A stretch of DNA of 63,659 bases, filler included, from Choristocarpus tenellus KU-1152 (taxonomy: Eukaryota; Protista; Phaeophyceae): NCBI GenBank assembly GCA_964200185.2. It is 12 parts of 12 records of this genome, joined end to end, with 100 filler letters (N's around TTAATTAATTAA, not from the genome) between each part and the next. Parts side by side here need not be neighbours in the genome. Positions count along the whole stretch, not along the records: positions 51,328 to 54,565 come from CAXNAD020021334.1; positions 54,666 to 63,659 come from CAXNAD020004105.1; 10 more parts are not named here. The stretch is one strand, 5' to 3'. A program made the translations under genes and the position numbers. How positions within the stretch are numbered: position 1 is the first letter of the stretch; each line of letters begins with the position of its first letter. Below are positions 52,269 through 63,659 of the stretch, piece by piece. The notes below the pieces were generated by a model. The model worked only from the letters and a program-made list of their open reading frames with translations. It was not told the DNA's origin and did no database searches.

Positions 52269-53931
52269 GTAAGCAGGGATAGTTATGGCTTAGCTGTGGG
52301 CAGAGTGAGAGTGCGAATTGGTAAAATTATCTGCTTCTCTGCATTACAATATTGTCAGGTACATTGGACTTGTGGCTACAAGAAATTATTCCCTCAAGTT
52401 CAAGCTTGGTCAATGTCCGAAGACAAAAAGTTGGTCTTACATCAGATGTTTCTAGGTAGTATGATGTCTTTGTTATGTATGTTAACACTCTTGAGGGCTG
52501 GGTTTTGCTTGTGTAGTATGCCAATCAAGGAGTTATTAAACTGAGTGTTCCAGAGGATCTGATTAGAAGAAGGATTTTCCTGTACAGTATTGAAATGGGT
52601 AATTCTGTTTGTAGTGTAGAATGCTGTTGCAAAATCTCTATTTATATCATTGCTGAAATACTAGCCTAGAGTGGACAGAGCATATTCTGCAAGTGCAGTG
52701 CACACATTGGCAAGAGCTGGATTGTGTTGACAGAAGCAAATTATATGTGCAAGATGGTGAAGGTTTGTGTATCACAACGGCAATTTTTAATTTCATTGTA
52801 GTACACATGAATGACTAGGTTGGAGCTGTGAGACACGAGAACCGATCCTCCAGATCACGCCACACAGCAAATTATACCCAAATATACTATATTTTATACC
52901 CCTTCACATTATAGAGGGGTTAGGTCCGTGCCAATGCGAAATGATAAACTTATGTACCTTCCTGAAGCACCGAGTCAAGTTTGCCTAGTGCTACTCCTAG
53001 TGCTTAGAAAATATTTTGCGTAGGAAATCTCTTCCAACACATAGTGAGAGGTATCAAGATGGAGGGGACAGGGAAGGCTATGTGTTACATAGTACGTCCT
53101 GTGACTCAAATGTTATGTGCAGTCTATCCTGTCCGTATGTTTTCTTTTTTGAATAATATTTGTGTCCTATTAATGTTCCGTGTTCGCTGCTTAACTAAAC
53201 CCTAATTGTAGCCCTGTTCCACCAGTTTTTTTCTGTGTATTCCATGGATTATCCACGTACAAAGACCAGGATTTGTGTCAATATAGTATTCCCTCCATTC
53301 AGAATTAAATGTAGCGTAACTTTTGCAAGCTCCATTCTCGCCCGGGAACAATCCATGTGTCAAACTCTCTGGGTGAGGCTTTGTTCTCAGATATTGGGAG
53401 GCACGCAAAATTTGAGATGGTGGGCTGTCATGACTGTGGAGGATCACCAGTGCAAACTTGATGAAGTCACATTTGATGGGGTTCGAAACACTCGTGAAAT
53501 TTTCAAAGCAGGTAGTTGTTGACATGTGTAGGACTAAGGCCCCCTGTTGTTCAAGGAACTCACTCTTTCGTCATTACCCATCAGTCCCAATTCTTTGGAT
53601 AAGAAGTCTGTTTGAGGTCAGAACTCAAACTCCCTGACGATGAGCAGTGTGGTGGTGTGATGTCTGGAGGCGAGAGAGTGGGAGACTTGGATGCCTCAGG
53701 GGACGACGGAAGTCATCCTGAAGGGCTTCAGAATTTCCCAAATCACCATGTTCTGTCAAGTGAAGGAGTATGGCAACCAGATCATACGGGGTGAAATCAT
53801 GGATCTTGTACAACACCACAAGAGGTGATGTGACTGCCTTACAAGTGTTCTTGACCTTTTGGGATGTCCCATCTGTACACTGCCTATCCTTCTGCAAATG
53901 AACATCTAAAGCTGGGGTCTCCTTTACCTTA

Positions 53932-54565
53932 TTGTGGGATCTGCGCAAACATGAGAAGGCGAAGGCCATGCGGTGGATTAAGCCAGTCCTCTCAGATCGG
54001 GAGAACGTCAACAAGGTGGATTTAGTCATCAGTCACACGTACAGGAGCGGAGGAAGTGGGGTATTAGTGGACAATCCATATGTCTGGGTACATGTGGACG
54101 AGAAGTGGATTTACATCCTCAAAGATGGGCAAGGTGTGTACCTGTGCTCCTCTGAAGAGTCCCCCAAACCCCCACAGGCACAGAATAATTATTACATTAC
54201 GAAGGTGATATTTCTTGCAGGTGTGACCTGCCCTAAGAAGCTCTCCAACGCAGTGTGGGTTGATGGGAAATTGAGATCTGACTAATTGTGCAAACTAAGG
54301 TCGCTCAGTGCTCCAGTAAACAGCACCCGAAGAGGACCAAGGTGCTTGTGCCAGCCACAGTGGACAGGGAGGGGTATAAGAAGCTCATGATTGAGGATGA
54401 CATCCCGGCAATCGAGACCTGCATGCCTAGCCCAGAATGACGCACCATCTTCATGCCGCAGGACATGGCAGAGCTAAACACCAAGGGGTGATCATGGAGG
54501 CAATGGGGGAGGTGGCGGGGGACGACGACTTTGTCCTGGAGACCCATCCAGTCAACTCACCTCAC
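53932..54565 (+). mobile_element. Degenerate plant-type mariner-like (DD39D-class) transposase
   Basis: KPVLS, VHVDEKWIY, YITKVIFLAGV.CP, WVDGKL, then frameshifted PQDMA (QQDNA-like) and PVNSP at the contig end. Confidence 0.85.
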
Positions 54566-55409
54566 NNNNNNNNNNNNNNNNNNNNNNNNNNNNNNNNNNN
54601 NNNNNNNNNTTAATTAATTAANNNNNNNNNNNNNNNNNNNNNNNNNNNNNNNNNNNNNNNNNNNNCACATGTATTGACAGACACAACCAAGTCTATCTCT
54701 TTCACACACTACACTCGATAGGATCAGAGGCAAGGATTAACATCCACTTACACTTAACCCCCAGCCTCCGTGCACGTTCTTCCTCCGTACTTGTCCTTCA
54801 AAATGCTGCCATCCTCCAAATAACCTGTCTCTACATTCCGAAAAAGATCAAAAGTTGCCATGAAATTCGTATAATAAAATAAAACGTCACGATCCACCTG
54901 TATTTGCACAATACCCGTTTTATTTACTCACATCTCTTTCAGTTTTTGCAGCAGTACAATGGGTTCAGGACAAACGACTCCAGTTCAATGTTGGGGCTCC
55001 TGGCAATATGTCCTAATCCTCTATATTGCATGTGCCACCAAGGAATACGCTCGCTCTTTGCTTGGTTGTCCTCGCAGCGTCCTGCGCGCTCTTCCCGCAT
55101 TTGTTCTCTCAATGTTATCTTGCTTGGCAAAAATTGTCCTACCACCATCGAAACCTAACCCTACATTTTGAACCACCTACTCCATTAATAAAGGTAAATT
55201 CATCAAACAGGCATATCGTCATCGCTTTCAAAAACCACAATAAATGGAGACACCAGCAATTATTCCAACACAATTGATATATATATATATATGATGACAA
55301 AACCCCAAAGAAGCAACTTCTCAAAGGTGCCCCTGTGAATCGGGGGTTCATCTCACTCACCAGTTAAGACGCTTTCCCATAATTACATTAACAAATCGTC
55401 AGTATTGAA

Positions 55410-55458
55410 TTCGAGACCCCATTTGGACGGGGCCGTACCCTCTCAGATACTTTGGCTT
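55410..55458. mobile_element. Right end of another Sola2-like non-autonomous element
   Basis: CCCCATTTGGACGGGGCCGTACCCTCTCAGATACTTTGGCTT, intermediate between family A and family B termini. Confidence 0.72.
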
Positions 55459-56467
55459 ACGGTAACATGGAACGAGTTTGTCCACGCATACACCGCGGTT
55501 GTGGAGGGGGGCCTAGCAGGAAAGACCTCCAACGAGATCAAGGTGCGTGTGAGATGTGGCTATGTAAAGGGAAACCCAATAACACCATACATGCCAATTA
55601 TTAAAATTATTAATCTCTCTATTGTTGTAATATCGGAGAGGTTACTCTGACCCCGCACATTTGTTTTGGAAAACACTTTCAATTTCAATAACACGCCCCC
55701 CACTAACTCTGCACACAACCCCTGTCTTCAACTTGCCATGACTAAGGCACTGTCCTCTCGTCTTGGGCTCGTAACCCCCAACGGCACAACGAAGGATAAA
55801 ATATTGGAGAGGATAAAGGCGAAATACACGGTATTCAGGGCCAAGAATTTAATGACTGACGACTTCATCCTCGCCACTTGCAAGGTGGGCGAGTCGAACC
55901 CCATCTCGAGGAGAACAAGGACCGAAGAGAAAAACAACGAAGACGACACAGGGTGTTCAGACAAGGCCAACACGAAGCGAAAGGCCAGTATGTGGTCATC
56001 AGGACCAAAGGGATGCGGTGGACACCGCATGTGTGACGATGTATTTGCCTTTTCCTGTACTAATCCCCAGCCCACACACTCCAACAACAACACACACAGT
56101 TTTCCACAACAGGAACACGTTACTTGGTAGGAATGGCTCCCCGCCCTCCAATATATAACACATGACTCCACAGAACTACTGCCCTTCCTCTGTACGACCA
56201 GGTCCTATTCCCATGGACAGAGGGGTTCCCCACACTCCTCGAGGCCCTCTTAACAAACTTCCACAGATATTTTTTTCCTTCATCAGAACACAACCATCTG
56301 GCAGGCGCGGCAGTATAAGCATTGCAGATCCCGCCTCCTGAAAGGTCACGCTGCCATGTCCATTGACTTCAGTTCCCAGCTTCCTCACAACCACCAGGAC
56401 CTGACACAACAATAATCTTTCAATCTATTGTTGACAACGCTCTTGACCATTGTTTGGTGGTTGAAAG

Positions 56468-59243
56468 ACGCGATGAAAGGGAGAAATTTTAGGGAGGGAA
56501 GGATATGGGCTCACAGCACTTCAATTTGCAGTGAAGACCAGAGTCAGGACAACGAGTTTGTCCAGAACGCTGTTGAGATCTTCATCGGTAGCCACTTAAT
56601 GCCTTTGGCCCGGGAATATCGTCAGACCCTGGAGGTCCTCCACATCTGGTCCGATGGCTGCGGAAGTCAGTTTAAGAACCGGTGGCAGATGTGATGGGTT
56701 TCCCAGGCGATTGCAAGGATGGGGATTTCAGTAGTGCACAACTTCTTCTCCTCATGCCACGGCAAATCCATGGCAGATGGAGTTTGAGCTGTGGTGAAGT
56801 CAGCCGCCAGGAGGCTGGAGCTGAACGGGGTATGGATGCCAGGAACCTCGTCTTTGGTGGAGACAATGAAGGCCACCAAGACACAGTACATGCTGAGGGA
56901 TCCAACGTCAGAAGAAGAGGGGCGCCTCCGTAGGGACCGCAAGGTTCCTCTAGGACAGACTGTCGTCACCAAGGTCGATAGCCCCTCCCATCCACACACT
57001 CGAAACACCCTCCCTTTTATTCCACATACGTTATAATCTCCAACTAGTATCGACATTTCTTGGTACGTCCCCCTACTCCCCCTAAGTACAAAATCTATCG
57101 AATCCCCAGCAACTAACTGTTACAACCCGCCTTCACAATCAGGGTATAAACACAAGGGACAAAACCTTGACTGATATTCACTTCTCCACAAACCACCACA
57201 CACGAGGAGTATCAACACATTCGTTCCAGCATCCAACCCTGCGTGTGTTTCTTCCTCTAAGGTTCGAAGCACACGAAAAAAGATATGTCGTAGATGACTT
57301 TATATCACTGTCTACACATCAATATCACCACCACAAAAAAACAATCCGACTACACCATATTCAGTATTGTTTTCTTTCGCGACCATTCCACAAAATTGAT
57401 ATCCTCGTACTCAACATAGTGAGGAGTATATATATCTAAGTTTCCGCCACACGACAACACTGTACTCCTTAGTACTGGGTGGACAGCGACGGCAGAGTAC
57501 ATACCAAGACATTCGCAAAATTACTCCAGAATTTATACCACCATCAGGAGACAGGAGATTGCGTTCACCTCCCGTCTTACAAGGTCGATAGGAAGGGACG
57601 ACATGATCACCACGTCCCCCAGTTTAGCGGCATCAAGTCCATGCACACGTTCTTCACCAGTCCAAGTGGCAACGGTAACTCATCCAAGGTCATGTACTCC
57701 GAGGTGTCGTGCTACTGCACCAGCTGTTCAATTGGCAATCTCGCGGGCTGCAAGTGGCAGGGTACTCACGTGCCTGTACTCAAGGAGATCTACCTCGGAT
57801 TTTCCCCTGAGGACGACGTGGGTGACATGTACCTTAGGAGTCATCTCTCTAGGAAGAAGAGGCAACTCGCAGTGGGGAATGTATGCATTGTGCGGACGGA
57901 GCCGTTGGAATATGATGGGTTGGAGTTCCTGCAGTTCACCATACACGAGAAGGAGACCGTGAAATGGAACTCCAGGGACCATTCCAGCTACGGAGGGATG
58001 TTCAGTGCTGGTGATGAGGTGGTGTTGGTGAGGAAAGGCTTCGAGATGTTGACTGCCACTTTCGTCGATGGAGTGCCGACGGCTCGCCTCTCACGTGCGG
58101 ATCGGGTGAGGCACCCGAGATTCCTACTAAATATTATTCTGTTGTAAATACAAACGGAAATGCGTCCAATTATTGTGAAACATGAAAATCACATATGTTG
58201 GAGAATGTTACAATCTTGTATTATAAATGGTATTATTCTGTGTAAAATGTTTTCCCGCAAGTTTGTCATTGTTAATATTCGTTTTTGGTTCATATTACCA
58301 TGGGCACAAAACTCCGCCAAACAACAACTATCCCCTATCAACACTGTCTCTCACACGATGGTCTTCAAGGTCTAACACGTCACCCCAACCCCATCAACAC
58401 AAAAAACGTAATTGCTCTGCAGGCCGCTCAACCGGGTCCCCGTGTCGTCCTCCTTCAGGCTATCGTCGACTCTGACTTCACACACCTTCGTCGTAACAAC
58501 CTCGACGATACCTACATCATCCTCCCCGGTCATTACCAGAGATTCACTGCGGAATCCAATCGGCAATCCCTCGACGGGATCCCTGTTCGCTCCTCAAGAC
58601 AATGCAGACGTGGAGACACACCCAATGCCAAGTTTAGCCGAGGCACCACTTTCATCCTATGTGGAAGTGGAGATGCTATTGTCCGGGGGCAAGTCCGCGA
58701 CGTTCACATGGACGATTCCGGGCATGTATCTACTCTGTGCGTTACCAAGGTGTGCATGGTGATACCTCCTTGGCGCCTGGGATGAAGTCATTCATGACAG
58801 AGGACGAGATCGAGGAGGGGGTCGAACTACTAAAGGACAAGGAGAAAAGGGAACGCGATAAGACTGCAGCCCAGCGTGCCAACAAACACAGGGCGCGGAT
58901 GACTCTACAGGCGAACCGTAGAGAGGAGGAGAAGGATAACGAGACATACATCCTCCTCGAACCATCATTGAGGGTTGTATCAGTTTTGGACGGGGAAGGG
59001 ACACTTCATTCAAGAGCCAAGCGCAGGGGACTGTACTTTCGAATAGACGAGCAGTGGATGCGAGGGACCGTCACCAAATACAAGCCCCGCCATACGGAGC
59101 CAGTGGGAGAGGAGCGACTCAGCTACCCCTGTGAGGTGAAATGGGAGAATGGTGAAGTGCGAAATATCCAGCTTCTTCAACAACAATACAGCATGGAGCC
59201 TAACGCGGAGCCGAGATCCTGGTTCTGGACCAGTCCCATATGA
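56468..59243 (+). pseudogene. Sola2-type DD(D/E) transposase, intron-containing, inactivated
   Basis: Exon about 56468-56943 reads CSEDQSQDNEFV...LHIWSDGCGSQFKNRWQM*W...HNFFSSCHGKSMADGV*AVVKSAAR. Exon 57473-58105 has GIKSMHTF...SCYCTSC...C. Exon 58423-59243 has a frameshift near 58750. Possible upstream exons at 55459-55542 and 55747-56040. Confidence 0.82.
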
Positions 59244-60324
59244 CTGTAATATGGAACGGAGGTTGCAGCGAGTCGGATGCGCTACAATCTTCTCGAAATT
59301 CGTAGTCGCGTGTCACCCCCTCCCCTCATACATCCAGGACATCATGCCTCCCGTGGACATCCTGCCCTATCATAGTAGAGGTCGGACGTGTGTTGTCGAG
59401 GCAGGGCTCAGTTGCATTTAATTACAATTGGGTGTGTCTGTCATTCCTTTTAGGTGTACGTGTGCTGCCTTTGGATATTGTGTTGATTTTTACTTACAGG
59501 CGGTTAGAATCTGTTTCTTGGTCATTTATTTTCCTTACGACTACTGGTATATATGACATGGTGTAGTAGTTATAAATGTATATATAGAATTTTAACATCG
59601 GCAAATTTAATTTACTTCTCTGTGTGTTTGCTAGAAAAAGCAGATATGCTCACATCACAAATAAAATAAACATAACGGCAGAAAGAATTCGTCGCATCCC
59701 CCTTCTGGTGTGATCTCTTAGATGCGGCGTTCCTCCTTCCACCCTTTATATATGGAGACAACAATCAAGGATCGCACGTTCCCCTCTCCCACGTAAGACG
59801 CTTTTTAGATATTGATATCACATGCCCCGCTCCACAAAGGGCATCATTCACATACCTCCAAAATATACAAACGCGAATGAATGCAATACACCTGTCGCCA
59901 ACTCATCCCCTCGCACCCCCTTAATTAACTTACATAGAATTCGCACAACTACTTATCCCTTCACACCCCTCCCAAATTGACGAGGGCCTCTCCGTCAATT
60001 GACAATCTCATATTGCTTAACGCCGGATATGACACGCCATAAATCCCTACCTCAATTAACATTAATCCCACTCCATGAAGGCGATAAACCCACAAGAGAT
60101 GAACCAATTCAATCCACACTTCACAAAAAAAGAACAACCAAAACACCCCACCCCAGAAGTCGACCCCCCAAAAGGCTACCTTTCCAACATCTAAGGCGCC
60201 AAGTACAAACACTAGGTGCAGACTATGCAATATTCCACCGAAGAAAGACCAACTTCCACGACTAAAGACTCTCCATTATGTGTTTTTCACAACATTTCAT
60301 ACAATTTCCCAACACTTATACAAG

Positions 60325-60430
60325 GGTCCATTTGGATGCCCCAGTGCAGACCCCCCCCCCCCCCCCNNNNNNNNNNGGGCCATTTGGATGCCCCCGTGCC
60401 CCCCCCCCCCCCCCCCAGATACTTTGGCTC
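60325..60430. mobile_element. Candidate right TIR of the Sola2-type element
   Basis: GGGCCATTTGGATGCCCC + poly-C + AGATACTTTGGCTC, about 1.2 kb downstream of the transposase stop and oriented as a right end. Confidence 0.72.
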
Positions 60431-63400
60431 TGGAGTGTCTTACCGAGGCCATAATGCTTTTCACTATAGTTTCCAACTAGAAATGAGAAATTTCGTTAGA
60501 TTTGGTAATGAAAAACACCACGGGCCGAAAATGGGGAGAAAAAACTTTCTGATTGTGAATTTCATTTTGCGCACAAACACCCTATTACAACGCAATGAAT
60601 TTGTCATCCTGTTCTTTTGTGGTCTATTGTATGCAACACTCCTTCGATTCTATATGGACACACTAGGTACCGATCACGCATACGTTTCTCCCAGATAACG
60701 TACTCGAAGATGTGCATGTGACATAACGCGCTTCACAAGCGACATAATCTATTCCTCAATAACAACCGTAATCTAACTGCAAACAATTCATCCACGCTCA
60801 TGTCCCAGTGGATACAACGCACAAGTCTTCTCCTTCACGCCCTTGGATTGCTGAGACACGAAGATCATTCACAGACAGATAGCCAAACCGACACATACCC
60901 TCCGTATTTAATACCATGGTCCAAAACTGAAGACAAGAAATCTACAACAGGTAACCTCTACTCCACACCTCGTCGAAGCAGCACCAACCCCAACTCCAAA
61001 ATTATTATTTTTGAACCAGACTTCCAAAAAGGAACAAATGTATACTCGGATTAGACCAGATGTAAAACCGACTCTGATGGTATTCTGTGAACTTTGGGAC
61101 AGATTCTCCCAAAGAGAACAAGGATATCTGTTGATCTATTGTGGGCCTACTTGGAGATACACGTTTTTTGTAAGTATATACTCTGATTAGGTCAAAAATG
61201 AACCGACTCTGACTGTTTCTTGCGACGTTTGGAGATTCATCCTCAAGAGAAGCAGGGGGATATGTCGATAATTATTGTAAACAGCAGGTTAATTCGGAAC
61301 TGAAGTCCCTGTGTTGGAAACAATTCGCAAATTTGAACCTGGAGTCCTTGTGAAACCAATTTGGAGTCTAATTCTCTTAGAACGTTTTGGCTTGCCATCC
61401 AATAGCAACATACACATACTGCTGCAGCACGATTAAGGGTACCGTTTTCACTGCGAGAGAGTTCAACTCCTGATCCTCCTACACAGTATGTATATTACAA
61501 TGACAATTATGTTGATTTTGATAGCATTTGAGTTATTCTATCCGAATAGAACACAGTGTTTTGTTGACCATTTGACATATATCAGAATCGTTATCACCTA
61601 AAACCCCGCAGATGTGTAATGGTCAACTGTTTGTTTGGATGGAACTTGAATTAAGAATAATGTATGTGCGTTGAGTTCCAGTCCACCCTCCTTTCTCATT
61701 AATTCGGGCATAAAATCCCTTCTGATGCACCCGTCATCGCAACTACAGTGGGGCAGGTACATTAGGACAACATAGTGCCAGTGATCGGCCTTCAAAGGCT
61801 AACAGATCACGCGAATGACCACACAATGGCACTAGACTGGGCCTCATTTTGACGAGGTTTTCACAAGTAATAAAGTACACTATGCATGAAAAAATTACAG
61901 GTTTGTTCCCTCTAACAGAACAGAATGACAAAAAAAGTTATAGGAAATGTCACTGTGGGCTTCAATGAGTGACTCGGAATTCAAAAGATCCCGTGCCGCT
62001 CATGTATGTGCTGGTTTAGGAATGTATGACCTGCACTACTTTTGTGCAGTAGCGGTCATCTGTAGGATAAGAAACCTTTACACACACCATGTGCATACGT
62101 TTCCTGCCTTCACATAAAAAACCTCCTAATCACCCTCATGATTTACACGTGTCTGTACCTGAGAATCACAACATAATAACTTCAGGGATGTACTACTGTT
62201 TCTAAAATAATAAAAACACTGTTCCGTGATGCGGGGAGGGCTCTAGGAATATGCAGATATATTAACACACAGGGTATTTCAACACCACCACCCACAACAT
62301 CTGACCCATCTAGGAGTCACTATGGTTTGTGACTGTCCCCACGCAACATATCTTACATCAATACCAACCACATATCGTCTCCTTCACTCCTGGCATTCCG
62401 CACTGCTCTCGTGTACTTAACTCTCAAGTGATCTACTATCCTACCCCAACACTACACCTCCACACAACCATTAGTTACCACATGTCACATATTCATAACA
62501 TAAGACCACGATGGTTACAGAACACGTAAGTGAAACATTCCATACTTGCATTAGGGATGTTAAAACTGTTTTTTACGATTCTTTGGGAGCTCTTTCAGTG
62601 TCTTTTCCTCTCATTTTTTTTCGCGAAATTATGTTTTGGTTCTATTCGGGAAGAAAATGAAAGTCTTTCAAATAAACCCTTCCACGCACAAATCGTAGGG
62701 TCTGAATCTCATCGATCATTTCGGTTGAGAAAGGTTGGAAGTGATGCAGCCTGCAAGTTTTGCGGTTTGGTAGAGTTCTCCTCCCATTCATCATTCATTT
62801 AACACTCGTAAGGTTTTGGGATAGGCCTTTTGGTGAGGTGAGGTAGGTCGCTTTTCACGATGGATGGGTGAGAATTAATGGAGCAGGCAAAGGGAGGAGC
62901 TCTGGCTGTGATCATGGTTGTAAGTATGATACATACACAAAGAGAATGATATATACAATTAGTATTATTATGTAACATACCTTCATTTTATCCCTCTCTT
63001 TTTGGGTGCCATTCTGATGGTAGAAACGCATGGTAACAAACAGGGTGGATGTACGATCTTTTGAAGCAAGTCTCGTGCATTATACACCTACACCCTCAAA
63101 TCAATTTTGAACTGTAAAAAAAAGCGAAATCCTTAGCCAAGGTTGGCATTGCCTCGATCCTGCCAGGAGAGTACTGAAAAACAGAGCAGTGGGATGGCTG
63201 AACTCAACACAAAAGAACAAATCAATGCATGCATTGGGCAATGTAATTTATCTTAGTCAACAAGAGTACTATTGTAGACTTAGTGAAGCGCGTAGTGTTG
63301 GGGTTAGGTAGGGTTGAGCTAGCAGTTCCCAAGCTTCAGACCTAAGCGAGACAAAGATACTACTAATAATATATAGTAGTAACTACCCCCTGACACAAAG

Positions 63401-63659
63401 CAATGGATTTTTGAATCTATTGCCAGATACATCGCCCTTCTCTTCGACTTGTAGTCCATTTAAAAAAAATTGTTACGCACACTGTTTTGCAGCTGTACAC
63501 TGGTGTTGCTGCTAGATATAAGTTGTTATGGGTGAGGCCTGTATGGTCTGGACTATGCACTACTACTGGTGTGCTTGGTCCAAGATCTTGTCTGACAAGA
63601 GTTATGGGCACATCTTTGGGAGTTGGGGGGGGGGGGGGGGGGGGCATTTTTAGACAAGA

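Noticed and set aside
56692-56787. Two in-frame TGA codons in the transposase as selenocysteine or readthrough recoding
   Set aside because: One replaces the conserved Gly of DGxG (GGA>TGA) and the other fits CGA>TGA decay. A frameshift near 58750 also indicates pseudogenisation.
61500-63659. Possible degenerate transposase or viral ORFs
   Set aside because: No recognisable catalytic motifs in any frame.

Overview
Eukaryotic, intron-rich, repeat-rich nuclear DNA. The exon style, TTAGGG tracts and protein and TE motifs suggest a stramenopile such as a brown alga; this is inference. The window is not one locus. It is 12 short contigs joined by 11 artificial 100-bp linkers (44N-TTAATTAATTAA-44N), so neighbourhood across linkers is meaningless. 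Gene fragments: m-AAA/AFG3 protease, FAD-dependent oxidoreductase, animal-type heme peroxidase lacking the distal His, TPR protein, sacsin-like protein, GRIP-domain golgin, ornithine aminotransferase, a membrane protein and an hnRNP F/H-like protein. There are two tRNA genes with upstream TATA-like motifs, Cys-GCA and an atypical initiator-like Met-CAT. TE remnants include Copia, an APE-type LINE, an RLE-type LINE, a possible Penelope-like element and a plant-type mariner. The most coherent system is a Sola2-type DNA transposon family. A degenerate intron-containing transposase with an unusual C-terminal extension lies next to a terminal repeat. That terminus (G-R-N-Y-CAAAGTATCT, usually with a CCAAATGGAC box) is shared by at least two MITE families with 4-bp TSDs, about 18 copies or ends in total, and it sits at several contig breaks.
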